This document shows, in pieces, positions 1-9,548 of a stretch of 29,947 nt of DNA. Under the pieces are notes generated by a model. It was not told the origin of the DNA. It did not search any database and saw nothing but the letters and a program-made list of their open reading frames with translations. The translations under genes were made by a program, and so were the position numbers. Within the stretch, counting starts at the first letter, position 1, and each line of letters begins with the position of its first letter. Source of the stretch: an uncultured archaeon (lineage in GTDB: Archaea > Thermoproteota > EX4484-205 > JAAOZP01); contig CALIBN010000021.1 in the NCBI GenBank assembly GCA_938045545.1, positions 1-29,947 of the forward strand, written 5' to 3'.

Positions 1-1941
1 CCTGCCCCTCGGAGCCCTAATATAGATTTGAGCAGCCTCCTTCCCAGGGAGGCTTCCAGTGTTCACGACTTCGAAGGAAACAACCACCTTACCGTCAAGC
101 GTCTCAACCTTCAGACCCCTGTATTCAAAGCTCGTGTAAGATAGGCCGAAGCCGAACTCGTAGGCAGGCTCAACTCCAAACGTGTCGTAATACCTGTATC
201 CGACGTATATCCCCTCGTCGTACACGACTCTCTGCGGGTTTTCACTCGGCTCCCCTGGGAAGCTCCAGGAGGGGACGTCAGAGTAGTCCATTGGGAAGGT
301 TGTTGGAAGCTTGCCCGACGGGTTTCTCTCCCCGCAAACAACGTCGGCGACTATCCTTCCCGTCTCCTGACCCGCCTGCCAAGTAAGGAGGATTCCGTCC
401 ACCATGTTCCTCCAGCTGGCAACCTCTATCGGGGAGCCTATGTTCAATATGGCTACAACCTTCTTACCATGCTCATGAAAGGCTTTAGAAACTCTTTCCA
501 AAAGGATTTTCTCGTCGTCGCTCAAGTAGAAGTCGCCTTTCTCAGGCTTCCTATCGTAGCCCTCACCCGAGATCCTGCTTATCACGATTACCGCGACATC
601 GTTCCTCTCCGCAAACCTGCCCATCTCATCCTCGCTTAGAAAGTCTTGGGGAACCGGTTTAAAGACCTCTCCGAACATTGTTTTCTCAATCCTGTATTCA
701 TCCCTACTCCTGATCTCAGCCAAGTATTTAGCGTGAGCCTCGGCAAGCTCCTCGTCTATTCTCAGGCCTCTCTCCCTCATCCCGTCAAGGATGGATACCA
801 CGTACCTTGGGTGCGTGTCGCCGCTCCCAGTGCCGCCTTTTATAGTCTCAATCTGGCCTGTTCCGAATAGGGCGATCCTAGAATCCCTGGCCACGGGCAG
901 GGCACCATTATTCTTGAGAAGGACAACTCCCTCAACGCCCGCCTCATAGGCGACTCTAGCGTGAGCATCTAGATCAGGCTTATTGGAATACTTGTAGCCT
1001 TTGAAGGAGGGCGAGTTGACGAGAACCCTCAGAATGTTCTTCACGTTTCTGATAAGGGTCTCCTCGTCCAGCCTTCCTTCTCTAACAGCGTTGATTATCG
1101 CCTCCACCTCATCCTTCCTTTTCGGATCAACCTGGTGCGCCTTTCCAGGCATAATCATGTCGTTGCCTGCCCTCATCATCTCCACCGGATCATCCCTCGC
1201 AAACCAGTCCGTCATCACGAAACCTTCGAACCCCCAGTCATCCCTCAAAACCTTTGTCAGAAGCCACTTGTTCTGAGCACAGTGCTCCCCGTTCAGCTTG
1301 TTGTAAGCGCTCATAACCGTCCAAGGCTTAGACTTTCTAACAGCTATCTCAAACCCCTTAAGATATATTTCTCTAAGAGCTCTTTCAGAAACCAGTGTGT
1401 CAACCAGAAAACGGTTCGTCTCCTGATTGTTGGCCGCGAAATGCTTCAGGCAGGCACCCACGCCCTGGGACTGAACACCCTTAACGAAGGCAGCGGCCAT
1501 CTCCCCGGTGAGAAGAGGATCCTCGGAGTAATACTCGAAGTTCCTGCCGCACAGAGGATTCCTGTGAATATTCATCGCCGGCGCGAGAAGAATATCCACC
1601 CCGTATTCCCTAACCTCCTCGCCGACACACCTGCCGACAGCCTCCAGAACCTCCCTGTTCCAGGTTGAGGCGAGCATCGTCTCAACCGGGAAAGCCGTAG
1701 CATGATACGTTTTATCGTCGTTCTCCCTCTCAGGGTTTATTCTTAACCCGGCGGGCCCGTCAGCCAGGACGGCTGAAGGTATTCCAAGCCTTTCTATGGG
1801 ATTAGTCTCGCCAGCAGCACCTGGAACCCTGGACAACGGGTTTCCAAACATGCCGGGTATTCCTACTCCCACGACGATCCTGGCTTTCTCCTCAAGAGTC
1901 ATCTTGGCAACTATCTCAGCAACCTCTTTCAGCGTTACCAA
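1..1941 (-). CDS. GH3 beta-glucosidase (Thermotoga BglB-like), 3' end beyond window edge
   Basis: Manual translation from TTG at 1941: MVTLKEVAEIVAKMTLEEKA...DGPAGLR...PAMNIHRNPLCGRNFEYYSEDP...KHFAANNQE...VMSAYNKLNG...GFVMTDW (GH3 nucleophile motif), reaching an FnIII-like region (GKEAAQIYIRAPRGR) at position 1. Absent from the ORF track because there is no stop codon in the window. Confidence 0.95.
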   Translation of the reverse strand, partial: MVTLKEVAEIVAKMTLEEKARIVVGVGIPGMFGNPLSRVPGAAGETNPIERLGIPSAVLADGPAGLRINPERENDDKTYHATAFPVETMLASTWNREVLEAVGRCVGEEVREYGVDILLAPAMNIHRNPLCGRNFEYYSEDPLLTGEMAAAFVKGVQSQGVGACLKHFAANNQETNRFLVDTLVSERALREIYLKGFEIAVRKSKPWTVMSAYNKLNGEHCAQNKWLLTKVLRDDWGFEGFVMTDWFARDDPVEMMRAGNDMIMPGKAHQVDPKRKDEVEAIINAVREGRLDEETLIRNVKNILRVLVNSPSFKGYKYSNKPDLDAHARVAYEAGVEGVVLLKNNGALPVARDSRIALFGTGQIETIKGGTGSGDTHPRYVVSILDGMRERGLRIDEELAEAHAKYLAEIRSRDEYRIEKTMFGEVFKPVPQDFLSEDEMGRFAERNDVAVIVISRISGEGYDRKPEKGDFYLSDDEKILLERVSKAFHEHGKKVVAILNIGSPIEVASWRNMVDGILLTWQAGQETGRIVADVVCGERNPSGKLPTTFPMDYSDVPSWSFPGEPSENPQRVVYDEGIYVGYRYYDTFGVEPAYEFGFGLSYTSFEYRGLKVETLDGKVVVSFEVVNTGSLPGKEAAQIYIRAPRGR

Positions 1942-2174
1942 TCCTAATCCCCGGTGATGAGTAGTTTAAAGATTATTTAAGCCTTTCAATTAATACTAGA
2001 TTAAGGATGGCTGCGGCAAATAGCGCGCGCAACGAGGCCGTGAAGCATGCTGTTGAAATGCATTTCGATACTGTTTTCGAGGACGAAGTTTTGCAGGAAG
2101 AGGGCTTTAAAGACGACGGTGTAATGCTTGAACTTTCTTTAAACAGATTCAAAGTGGGAAAAAGCATTACGGTA

Positions 2175-2492
2175 TTATTCTCTTCTCTCCACGATTATCT
2201 TGCATTTTGTTGCTATTGCTGCGATCACTCCTAGAGCAGCCATCCACGGCGCCAAGATGGCGCCTATCACTCCCACTGTAGCAGGAATCTCAAGCAGCGT
2301 CTCATCCTTCTCACTCTTCACAATGATTCTTGTAACATTCCCTTCGTGAATAAGGTGTTTAATCGTTTTCACGAGGTCCTCGGAAGAGACGGAGTATTCC
2401 TCTCTGGAAACCTTACCCACAGGGGAGCCGCATGCGGAACAGAAGGCAGCGTCATCAGGCAGCTCCCTACCGCACCTCTGACAATGCTTCAA
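2175..2492 (-). CDS. Zinc-ribbon + DUF4342 domain protein
   Basis: CQRCG...AAFCSACG zinc ribbon followed by LVKTIKHLIHEGNVTRIIVK...LLEIPATVGVIGAILAPW, the DUF4342 pattern. Probable TTG start at 2492 after a purine-rich GGGGGTGGAG. Confidence 0.85.
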   Translation of the reverse strand: MKHCQRCGRELPDDAAFCSACGSPVGKVSREEYSVSSEDLVKTIKHLIHEGNVTRIIVKSEKDETLLEIPATVGVIGAILAPWMAALGVIAAIATKCKIIVERRE

Positions 2493-2587
2493 ACGCTCTC
2501 CACCCCCACAATATTTTAGCAGTAAGTTTTTAAACGTTTTCATCAAACTATATTAATTAACGTCCCATTCTTTTTATCAAGAGATGA

Positions 2588-2743
2588 AGCGCATTTGCAC
2601 AAGAATACGGTTAATGGAGGGCAACGTCTGCAGCAGGAGTAGCCATAGCCCCACCAGCCTTAATATTTGCAATCCTAGTCCACAAGCATATTATAAAGGG
2701 ATTGACCCTTGCTACGTGGGCTGAAAATGCAGCACCGATTTGA
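2588..2743 (+). pseudogene. C-terminal remnant of a carbohydrate ABC transporter permease (MalG-like)
   Basis: Reads SAFAQEYG*WRATSAAGVAIAPPALIFAILVHKHIIKGLTL, matching the last TM helix and QKYIxxGLT-type tail of MalG-type permeases. Internal stop, no start codon. Confidence 0.65.
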
Positions 2744-2829
2744 CTGTCGCACTGGAGACTGTAGGCTTTAAGACGCTCCTGTGACGTAAGCGAAAAGATT
2801 TAAACCTCTAAAAACCTTCTTGCTCACCC

Positions 2830-3866
2830 TTGGCAAAATCTCCACTGGCGCCCATTATAGTCCTATTCTTCCTGTCGCCAATCGTAGGCGAGCTTCTCTC
2901 AGGCTCCAGCCCGACTGCACAATTCTTTCAACCCGTGGTCCTGTTCCTGCTAGCTGAGCTTTACGGGAGCGGCGCATCTTGGCTAGAGAGGCTGTAAGAA
3001 GACGGGGCGGAGGTTGGCCTTCGGTCCTCTTGCTCGGCGCAGCATACGGCATACTGGAGGAGGGAGTGTCGTGAAAAGCTTCTTCGACCCCAACTGGCCT
3101 GACCTAGGAGTTCTAGGGGCATATGGAAGATGGGTTGGCGTAAAGGTCTGGGCAGAGTGGTTAACAATCTACCACTCGATATACAGCATAACGATCCCCA
3201 TATCCTCGTCGAACTCCTTTTCCCCTCGTTGCGCGCGCAAGCACTGCATACCTGGGCAGAAAGCGAGTGGCCTTCTTCCTGACGCTGATCTCCATCGTCG
3301 TGATCCTTTGCCACTTTTACCTTAACCCGTATCCCGTGACCCTGTGGCAAATGCTCGGCTGCCTCCTAGCCATGACTATTCTCACGCTTTGCGCTAAGAG
3401 GCTCAGAGGCTTAAGCCAGGGGTGGCGAAAGCCGCGTGAGGAACAGGTGGCTTTGGCTGCTTGGAGCATCAGGGGGTTTCACGTATTTCTTCCTCGTATT
3501 TGGCCTTCTGCCCACGATCGGCGTCCCAGTTCTACTCACGATCTCCATAGGCATTGCATCAACCGGCCTCATTGCGGTAATCGTGCTCAGGCTCTCGAAG
3601 AGGGATATGGGCGAGCTGAACGCGCTTGGGCTGCATCCGGCTTCCTAACCCTTCTGATAATCCTCGACCTCATTTTGGAATTTTCCAATCCAACGCCCGA
3701 GGACTTCAGAGGGCAGACAATTGTCTGGGTTGTCTTCACACCCTTTTTAATACTGCTCGGCCGCAAGACCAGCCGCAGGGAGGCGAGGAGGCGGCGGAAC
3801 AGTCAGGCTGAGCAGTTTCCCCCGCCCCGCCTCAAGTCTCGCGCGATCTTTGCAGAGAAGGATTAA
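2830..3866 (+). pseudogene. Frameshifted conserved polytopic membrane protein
   Basis: Stitching frames gives MAKSPLAPIIVLFFLSPIVGELLSGSSP..LYGSGA/LAREAVRRRGGGWPSVLLLGAAYGILEEG/VVKSFFDPNWPDLGVLGAYGRW../LVELLFP../WLWLLGASGGFTYFFLVF.., one coherent hydrophobic protein broken by at least 5 frameshifts. Confidence 0.8.
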
Positions 3867-4050
3867 GTTCAGCACACACTATCCTCATTGAAGTTTACCG
3901 CCGCATAAAGCCGTGGTCTCCAAACATAATCACATCATAGTCCCATCAGTATCCGTGACTGAACCAGGCGCATGCGGATCATTCTTAAACATGTTCTTGT
4001 AGGCCGGCTTAAACCAACGAGGCCTCGACGCTAAAGAATTTTAACTATCG

Positions 4051-4242
4051 TTAGCCGCTGCACGCACAGCCACCTGAAGAACCGCCGGAATCTGAGACCA
4101 AGCGGTTCTTAACGTAGGCATCTATCCAGCAGTCTCGACACATTCTAACCACCCTGTTAAAATCCTTATGCATAGCGAAGTAAAGACTGACACCTCCTTT
4201 TCCGCAGATCTCACATTTTAAATCATCCTGATTTTGAGCCAT
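4051..4242 (-). CDS. Small Cys-rich putative zinc-binding protein
   Basis: 63 aa with CEIC and CRDC pairs and C-terminal GGCACSG. TATA-like TTTATTA about 25 nt upstream of the ATG. Confidence 0.7.
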   Translation of the reverse strand: MAQNQDDLKCEICGKGGVSLYFAMHKDFNRVVRMCRDCWIDAYVKNRLVSDSGGSSGGCACSG

Positions 4243-4404
4243 GCTGGCTCCCGTACCGGGAGACGCTAATAAACCTTACTATCAACCTAAAAGTGCGCAC
4301 ATCCAGAATGCGGAAAAACAGCCCAACTGGATGCCTTTCAACCATGTTACGCATGCCTATATGCATCTGCCAAATAAGTTCCACCATCGTCCTAGCTCTT
4401 GGTA

Positions 4405-4893
4405 TTAATATGGTTTCCTCGCCTTGGTCCTCCCCGGTTTTAACCTTTTTTCTCTTCGAAGCGGGAATATTGCTTCCGTGCCCAGATAGGAGTTTAAATC
4501 CTCCGAGGTAAGCAATAGGAATACGATGCTGGTGCTCAGCACCCCGGTGACCAGATTCACCAAATGAGGCGCCGCCCTTATGGCAGCGGTTTCAGAATCA
4601 ACCTTTTTAGACAAGAAGTCTGAAAGAAGCGGGGTTAAACCGTAAAGGGAGAAGAATATCCCCAGGAGGGCGAACACGGTGAAAACAAGCAGGGAAACAG
4701 AGAACGTGAGCACTCCCCGCAGCCTGTAAAACATTACGATGAAAATAATGCAGAGGAGTATGAGCAGCAGGTCCTCAATCATCCACTGTTTTAAGAAATA
4801 CGCTTTCAGAATCCAGTAGACAAGCCAGGAAACCATTATAATCACGATGAATATGACTACCCGCCGGAGCTCCTTGGGTTTCTGTTGGGACAA
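4405..4893 (-). CDS. Hypothetical membrane protein (about 4 TM helices)
   Basis: 162-aa ORF with four long hydrophobic segments. AT-rich promoter-like sequence at about 4915-4930. Confidence 0.7.
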   Translation of the reverse strand: MSQQKPKELRRVVIFIVIIMVSWLVYWILKAYFLKQWMIEDLLLILLCIIFIVMFYRLRGVLTFSVSLLVFTVFALLGIFFSLYGLTPLLSDFLSKKVDSETAAIRAAPHLVNLVTGVLSTSIVFLLLTSEDLNSYLGTEAIFPLRREKRLKPGRTKARKPY

Positions 4894-5041
4894 CCCCTGT
4901 AATGGGAGGAATGTTTAAAATAAAAAGTTTTCTTTAATTTGAAGAAAACATCCGAAGGAGGCTTAACCTTGTTAGCATGCTCCCCACCGGTTTAGATGCA
5001 TCGCGGGTAAAAGAAAATTTAATATTTAATCGAAAACACGG

Positions 5042-6184
5042 ATGGATGCGATGAAAAAAAGAGCGTTGGACGCTTTAAGCCTGAGGCGCGTGAAAAGCCT
5101 TCTTCTCTCCGGAGCCCCGACTACCGATGAAAAGCTTGTGGAGAGGCTAACAGGAGTTAAAGTCTACGGGGTAAATCAGAGGGAGAAGATGAAAGCAGTT
5201 TTCGAAGCTCTCGATGTAGACCTGTTCTACCAGCTCGGAGTAAATTTAAACGTCGTGTGGAGCGACAGGAAGCCTAGGCTCATGGAAGGGTTTTTCGAGG
5301 AATTGAAGGAGGACTTTCCGTTTACGGATGCTTTCCATGTAGCCTATAAAAATCTCAGGCTGAGGAGGACAGAGACGGCCTCCCAGCTTTGGGTTGTAGA
5401 GAGGCCTTTCAAAAACTATGGAGAGCTTTTAAGCTACCTGAGGAATTATGATCCTCGTGAGGATGAGCCGAGGTCAACGAGTGAAATAGCCGACGAATAT
5501 AGGAGGGTTTTTCAGGAGTATCAGGAATTGCTTGGCGAAACAACGTTGTACGCCGGAGAATTCTATTTAACGCTCTTCACGTATTTAGATATTCACATCG
5601 GCCTGCAAATGATAGCTAGGCTGGGCCGTCAAAACCCAGAAATCCTGGACGAGCTCGCCTCCAAGTATGCTCAGGTGGCTAGAAAGCACGTTGAAGCCTG
5701 GTCTAACACCGGGATAAAAGTTTTCGTTTCGCACGACGACGTAGCCTGGAGAGGCGGCTTGTTCTTCCCAGCGGAATGGTATAGGAAGCACATTCTAAAA
5801 TGGTGGAAATACATTTGGAAGCCTGTTAAAGACAAGGGTATAAAACTGATCTATGTTTCAGATGGAGACTACAGGGGTCTGATGGGAGACCTGGTTGAAA
5901 CAGGGGTTGACGGCTTCCACGTGGAATGGGATCCCATGTTTTCGAGAAGAGACGTTGAAAATATTGTGGAGAGATACGGTGGTGACAAGATATTTCTCCT
6001 CCACCCAAGCTATGAGGTTTTGACCCGTGGAAGCATTTCTGAAGTGGAGGAGGAGGCCAGATGGTTCGCCGCCCTATCGAGGAAATACCCTTCGATATTC
6101 TTTGCGGGAAACCCTCCTGGCAATCCTGTAAACGAGGAAGTCTTCCTTAGAACATGGTTTTCCGAAAGACACCGTGAAAACTAG
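5042..6184 (+). CDS. Uroporphyrinogen decarboxylase (URO-D)/MtaA-CmuA superfamily protein
   Basis: C-terminal motifs FVSHDDVAWRGGLFF..WYRKHI..IYVSDGD..DLVETGVDGFH..YGGDK typical of the URO-D-like TIM barrel. Confidence 0.8.
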   Translation: MDAMKKRALDALSLRRVKSLLLSGAPTTDEKLVERLTGVKVYGVNQREKMKAVFEALDVDLFYQLGVNLNVVWSDRKPRLMEGFFEELKEDFPFTDAFHVAYKNLRLRRTETASQLWVVERPFKNYGELLSYLRNYDPREDEPRSTSEIADEYRRVFQEYQELLGETTLYAGEFYLTLFTYLDIHIGLQMIARLGRQNPEILDELASKYAQVARKHVEAWSNTGIKVFVSHDDVAWRGGLFFPAEWYRKHILKWWKYIWKPVKDKGIKLIYVSDGDYRGLMGDLVETGVDGFHVEWDPMFSRRDVENIVERYGGDKIFLLHPSYEVLTRGSISEVEEEARWFAALSRKYPSIFFAGNPPGNPVNEEVFLRTWFSERHREN

Positions 6185-6250
6185 GTTCTTCCAATACACG
6201 GCGAAGAGTATTAAAAAGCGGTCCTCGAGCAGTGTTACTTTTTAATTTAA

Positions 6251-6463
6251 TTATTCAAGCACTGAGAAACAGCCCGAGGGCGAACAGGAGTAGCGACAAG
6301 ATTCCCAGCGCCCCGCACTCCACCCCCTTCCAGAGGACGCCCGAGTGAGTCGGGTATTCGGCTGTAAACAGTTGCCAAAAATAATGGCGGAGGATAGGAA
6401 GGGCAGAAACGAGAAAACAGCATAAAGTAACGCTTTCAACGTTTTCCGAAAATCCACCGTCAT
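6251..6463 (-). other. Possible small or degenerate membrane-protein ORF
   Basis: ATG preceded by GTGGGTAGAG and one hydrophobic N-terminal helix. The C-terminal half looks out of frame. Confidence 0.3.
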
Positions 6464-6583
6464 ACTCTACCCACTATCTTCTAAAAAGCCGATTACAAAC
6501 CTCCGTTAACGTTTACGTTGAAAACCGGCTCCCTGCCAGAATAAACTTTTAAGCCCGGGTCCAGGTTACAACATTGAGGAGAA

Positions 6584-6925
6584 ATGTGGAAGATTATAGA
6601 TTCTAGCGAGATTCCTTTCACGCCTTATCCCAAGGGGGTTTCAAGCATAAAGAGGATTGTCGAGAAGGAGAAGATTGGAGCCCAGCGGATAAGCGGGTTC
6701 GGCCTAATCCAGGTTCCCCCCGGGGGAGCCTTCGGCCCACACGAGCATCCTGAAAGAGAGGAGATATACTATGTTCTCTCCGGTTCCGGGATGCTCATCG
6801 TCGGCGGCGAGGAGATCCCTGCCAGAGAGGGGTTGGCCCTATATGTTTCAGGAGAGGAGTCTCACGGGCTGAGGAACCAAGGTGATAAGCAGCTCATCGT
6901 AGTATTCGTAACCGTCTACAAGTAG
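6584..6925 (+). CDS. Cupin domain protein
   Basis: Cupin metal motifs GPHEHPEREEIYYVLSGSG and GEESHGLRN. GAGGAG upstream of the ATG. Confidence 0.92.
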   Translation: MWKIIDSSEIPFTPYPKGVSSIKRIVEKEKIGAQRISGFGLIQVPPGGAFGPHEHPEREEIYYVLSGSGMLIVGGEEIPAREGLALYVSGEESHGLRNQGDKQLIVVFVTVYK

Positions 6926-6945
6926 TGGGATACGGGTGTATTTGG

Positions 6946-7971
6946 ATGAGGGCACTAGTATACCGTGATTTCAACGATTTCAGGTGGGAGGAGGTTGAGA
7001 CACCTGTCATCGGCCCAGAGGAGATTCTGGTTAGAGTGAGGGCTTGCGGCCTCTGTTCAACAGACGTTTGGAAAGCAATGTATCACGAGGCTAAGCCCGG
7101 CATGGTGCTGGGCCACGAGGTCTCCGGAGAGGTTGCGGAGACCGGTTCAAACGTTTCAAGTTTGACGGTTGGCGACAGGGTGGCGGTGTTCCACCGCGCT
7201 GAGTGCGGAGCATGCTATTATTGTAATCATGGTGATGAAACGCTTTGCAACGAGTACCGTCAACAATCGATTTTCCCAGGCGCTTTCGCAGAGTATATTC
7301 GCGTCGCCCCGAGGCTTGTTGGAAAATCAGTAGTCCGAATCCCGGATGAGATGACTTACGAGGAGGCAACGATGATAGAGCCTACAGCGTGCTGCGTTAG
7401 AGCAGCCGCTAAGATCGGAATAGCCCCGGGCGACAGCGTTCTGATCGTCGGAGACGGCCCAATGGCTCTGCTGAACGCTCAAGTCTCTAAGACAGCCGGA
7501 GCCCTAGTTATTCTCAGCGGCCACCATGATCATCGTGTCGAGACAGCTGTAAAACTGGGTGCGGACTACGCGTTCAACTCGAACAAGACTGACCTTAGGA
7601 GGAACGTATTGGAGTTAACAGGGGGACGTGGAGCCGATGTTGTAATCGTAGCCGTCTCCTCCACAGAAGCTGTTCAAGAATCCTTGAAGCTGGTTCGCGA
7701 AGGAGGCAAGATATGCGTTTTCGGAGACTTCAGAGATGTCCCCCAGCCTAGCCTAAGCCTAGACCTTAAACCGGTGGTTCACAGCGGCGTAGGCCTGCTG
7801 GGAAGCTGGGGCTGCTCAACCAAGGATTACCATGCTGCCTTCAACCTGATAAAAACCGGGAGGGTAAGGGTTAGGGATATGATTACCCACAGGTTCCCAT
7901 TAGACAAGTTCATGGATGCGCTGAAAGTGTTCCTTGGCAAGAAGTGTATTAAAATCATCCTCCACCCTTAA
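6946..7971 (+). CDS. Zn-dependent medium-chain dehydrogenase (sorbitol/threonine dehydrogenase-like)
   Basis: CGLCSTD catalytic Zn site, GHEVSG, structural Zn CGACYYC..C, Rossmann-like GDGPMA. Probably co-transcribed with the cupin gene. Confidence 0.93.
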   Translation: MRALVYRDFNDFRWEEVETPVIGPEEILVRVRACGLCSTDVWKAMYHEAKPGMVLGHEVSGEVAETGSNVSSLTVGDRVAVFHRAECGACYYCNHGDETLCNEYRQQSIFPGAFAEYIRVAPRLVGKSVVRIPDEMTYEEATMIEPTACCVRAAAKIGIAPGDSVLIVGDGPMALLNAQVSKTAGALVILSGHHDHRVETAVKLGADYAFNSNKTDLRRNVLELTGGRGADVVIVAVSSTEAVQESLKLVREGGKICVFGDFRDVPQPSLSLDLKPVVHSGVGLLGSWGCSTKDYHAAFNLIKTGRVRVRDMITHRFPLDKFMDALKVFLGKKCIKIILHP

Positions 7972-8054
7972 CTGGTCTCCCGTTTCCAGGGACAGCGTAT
8001 GCCTACCAGACGGGCGTAAAAAGTTTTTAAGCGAAGCAGAACGGGAAAAGAGGA

Positions 8055-9473
8055 ATGAGCGGGACGTATAGTTTTCCCCACCGAGAGCTCTACGCACCCG
8101 GACACTTCGGAAACTGGTATGAGGTTGCCGGACGCTTCGAAATGAGGGACGTGCTGGCTGAAGCCAAGTGGTGGGGGTTCAACTGGTATGGCGACTGGTT
8201 TGACACAGTGAACCTGACGGAGAAGCCGCACCTCTCCCCCGTGGCTTCCCATTGTTGGCTGACCAAGGCCCTATGGGAAAACAAGAAAGCCCATTTTCAA
8301 GAGGCGCGAAGGCTCGGATTTAAGCTTGACCTTTTAGTTACTCCAAACCATGTTTACTTAGACCAGGTTTCAAAAGAGACTATGGCTAAGGATCTTCCTG
8401 AGAGACAAGCGGAGAAACGTGGGATCCGCTTCTTCGGCCAATTGGTATGTCCATCTAACCCTAAGGCTAGAAGCATAATTCTGAAAAACTATGACGAGTT
8501 GTTCAGGGAACTGGCGGAGAGCAGTATACGCCTGGACGCGGTTACATACGCTGCCTACGATTTCGGCGGATGCGCGTGTCGAAAATGCAACCCTTGGATC
8601 GTGACCTTCGCAGAATTATGCAAAGAAATACACGGAGTTGCTGCAGAATACTTCCCGGGTGTTAAAATGAGGTTTTGCTGCTGGTGGTGGAACCCTAAAG
8701 ACCATAATCTTTTCGCCGAATGGGCGGATAAGCATATGCCTGGGGAGGTTGAAAGCATGGCTCTGTGGATAAAATACGGCGAGGATAAGCCGGGGACCGT
8801 GCCACCCGGCAGGCTTCCCGAAGAGTGTAGAGAAGCATACTTCATCCACATCGGGTATTCAGACAACAGGGCTGACAACGATGTCTACGGGCAATGGGGA
8901 CCCGTGGTTGCTCCAAGCAGAATAACTAGGACGCTTGAGACTCTGAAAAGCGTCCACGGCGAGGGTTTCATGGCTTATTCGGAAGGGGTTTTCGACGATG
9001 TTAACAAGGCGATCCTAGGCGGTTTGAGCAGCGGCAGGTTTTCAAGTGTGCAAGAGGTTCTCGAAGAATATGCTAGAAGATATTTCGAAGCAGAGGGCCG
9101 GGCAGTAAGAGAATGGGCGGAATGGATCTGTCAATGGGGAGAGCCGAGCATGGTTAACCTGGGGAAGGCGAGACGAGTCTTCAACCTGCTGGCTTCTAAG
9201 GCCCCTGACACGTGGAGGCTGAAACAATTCGCATCGAAAATGAGGCTGTTCGAGTTGAACAGGCAGCTGGAGGATAAGAAAGCATGGACACCTAGGCTCT
9301 TAACAATGGTTGAGGCATTCCTAAGGGAGCGCGAGGCCCTGCGGAGGAAGATTTACGGGCTTCCCCCGCTTGAGGACCAGGTTTTCAAAGCGATAGTAGG
9401 CGAGCCCCGCTGGCTCAGGGAGCTTATTGCTTCAACCACGCTTCCAACAGTTCTTCCCGGAAAGCTAGCGTGA
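8055..9473 (+). CDS. Hypothetical protein, putative glycoside-hydrolase-like TIM barrel
   Basis: 472 aa, Trp/aromatic rich. Motifs HFGNWY..WWGFNWYGDWFD, YDFGGCACRKCNPW, GFMAYSEGVFDDVNK. GH assignment is by resemblance only. Confidence 0.6.
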   Translation: MSGTYSFPHRELYAPGHFGNWYEVAGRFEMRDVLAEAKWWGFNWYGDWFDTVNLTEKPHLSPVASHCWLTKALWENKKAHFQEARRLGFKLDLLVTPNHVYLDQVSKETMAKDLPERQAEKRGIRFFGQLVCPSNPKARSIILKNYDELFRELAESSIRLDAVTYAAYDFGGCACRKCNPWIVTFAELCKEIHGVAAEYFPGVKMRFCCWWWNPKDHNLFAEWADKHMPGEVESMALWIKYGEDKPGTVPPGRLPEECREAYFIHIGYSDNRADNDVYGQWGPVVAPSRITRTLETLKSVHGEGFMAYSEGVFDDVNKAILGGLSSGRFSSVQEVLEEYARRYFEAEGRAVREWAEWICQWGEPSMVNLGKARRVFNLLASKAPDTWRLKQFASKMRLFELNRQLEDKKAWTPRLLTMVEAFLREREALRRKIYGLPPLEDQVFKAIVGEPRWLRELIASTTLPTVLPGKLA

Positions 9474-9548
9474 CGAGAAGAGGATTCAACCCGGCGTTTA
9501 AAAAATATAAAGCGCTGTCCTCTCGTAAGGTGGACAGAGGACCAGTTC

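Noticed and set aside
111-1668. Track ORFs 111-341, 646-870, 1001-1276, 1135-1668
   Set aside because: Shadow frames of the GH3 gene on the minus strand.
2007-2234. 75-aa ORF spanning the GC motif at 2023
   Set aside because: No recognisable motif and it overlaps the convergent DUF4342 gene. It may contain a gene fragment but I cannot identify it.
3870-4020. Possible further URO-D-like remnant on the minus strand (FKPAYKNMF...TDG)
   Set aside because: Too short and degenerate to call without a search.
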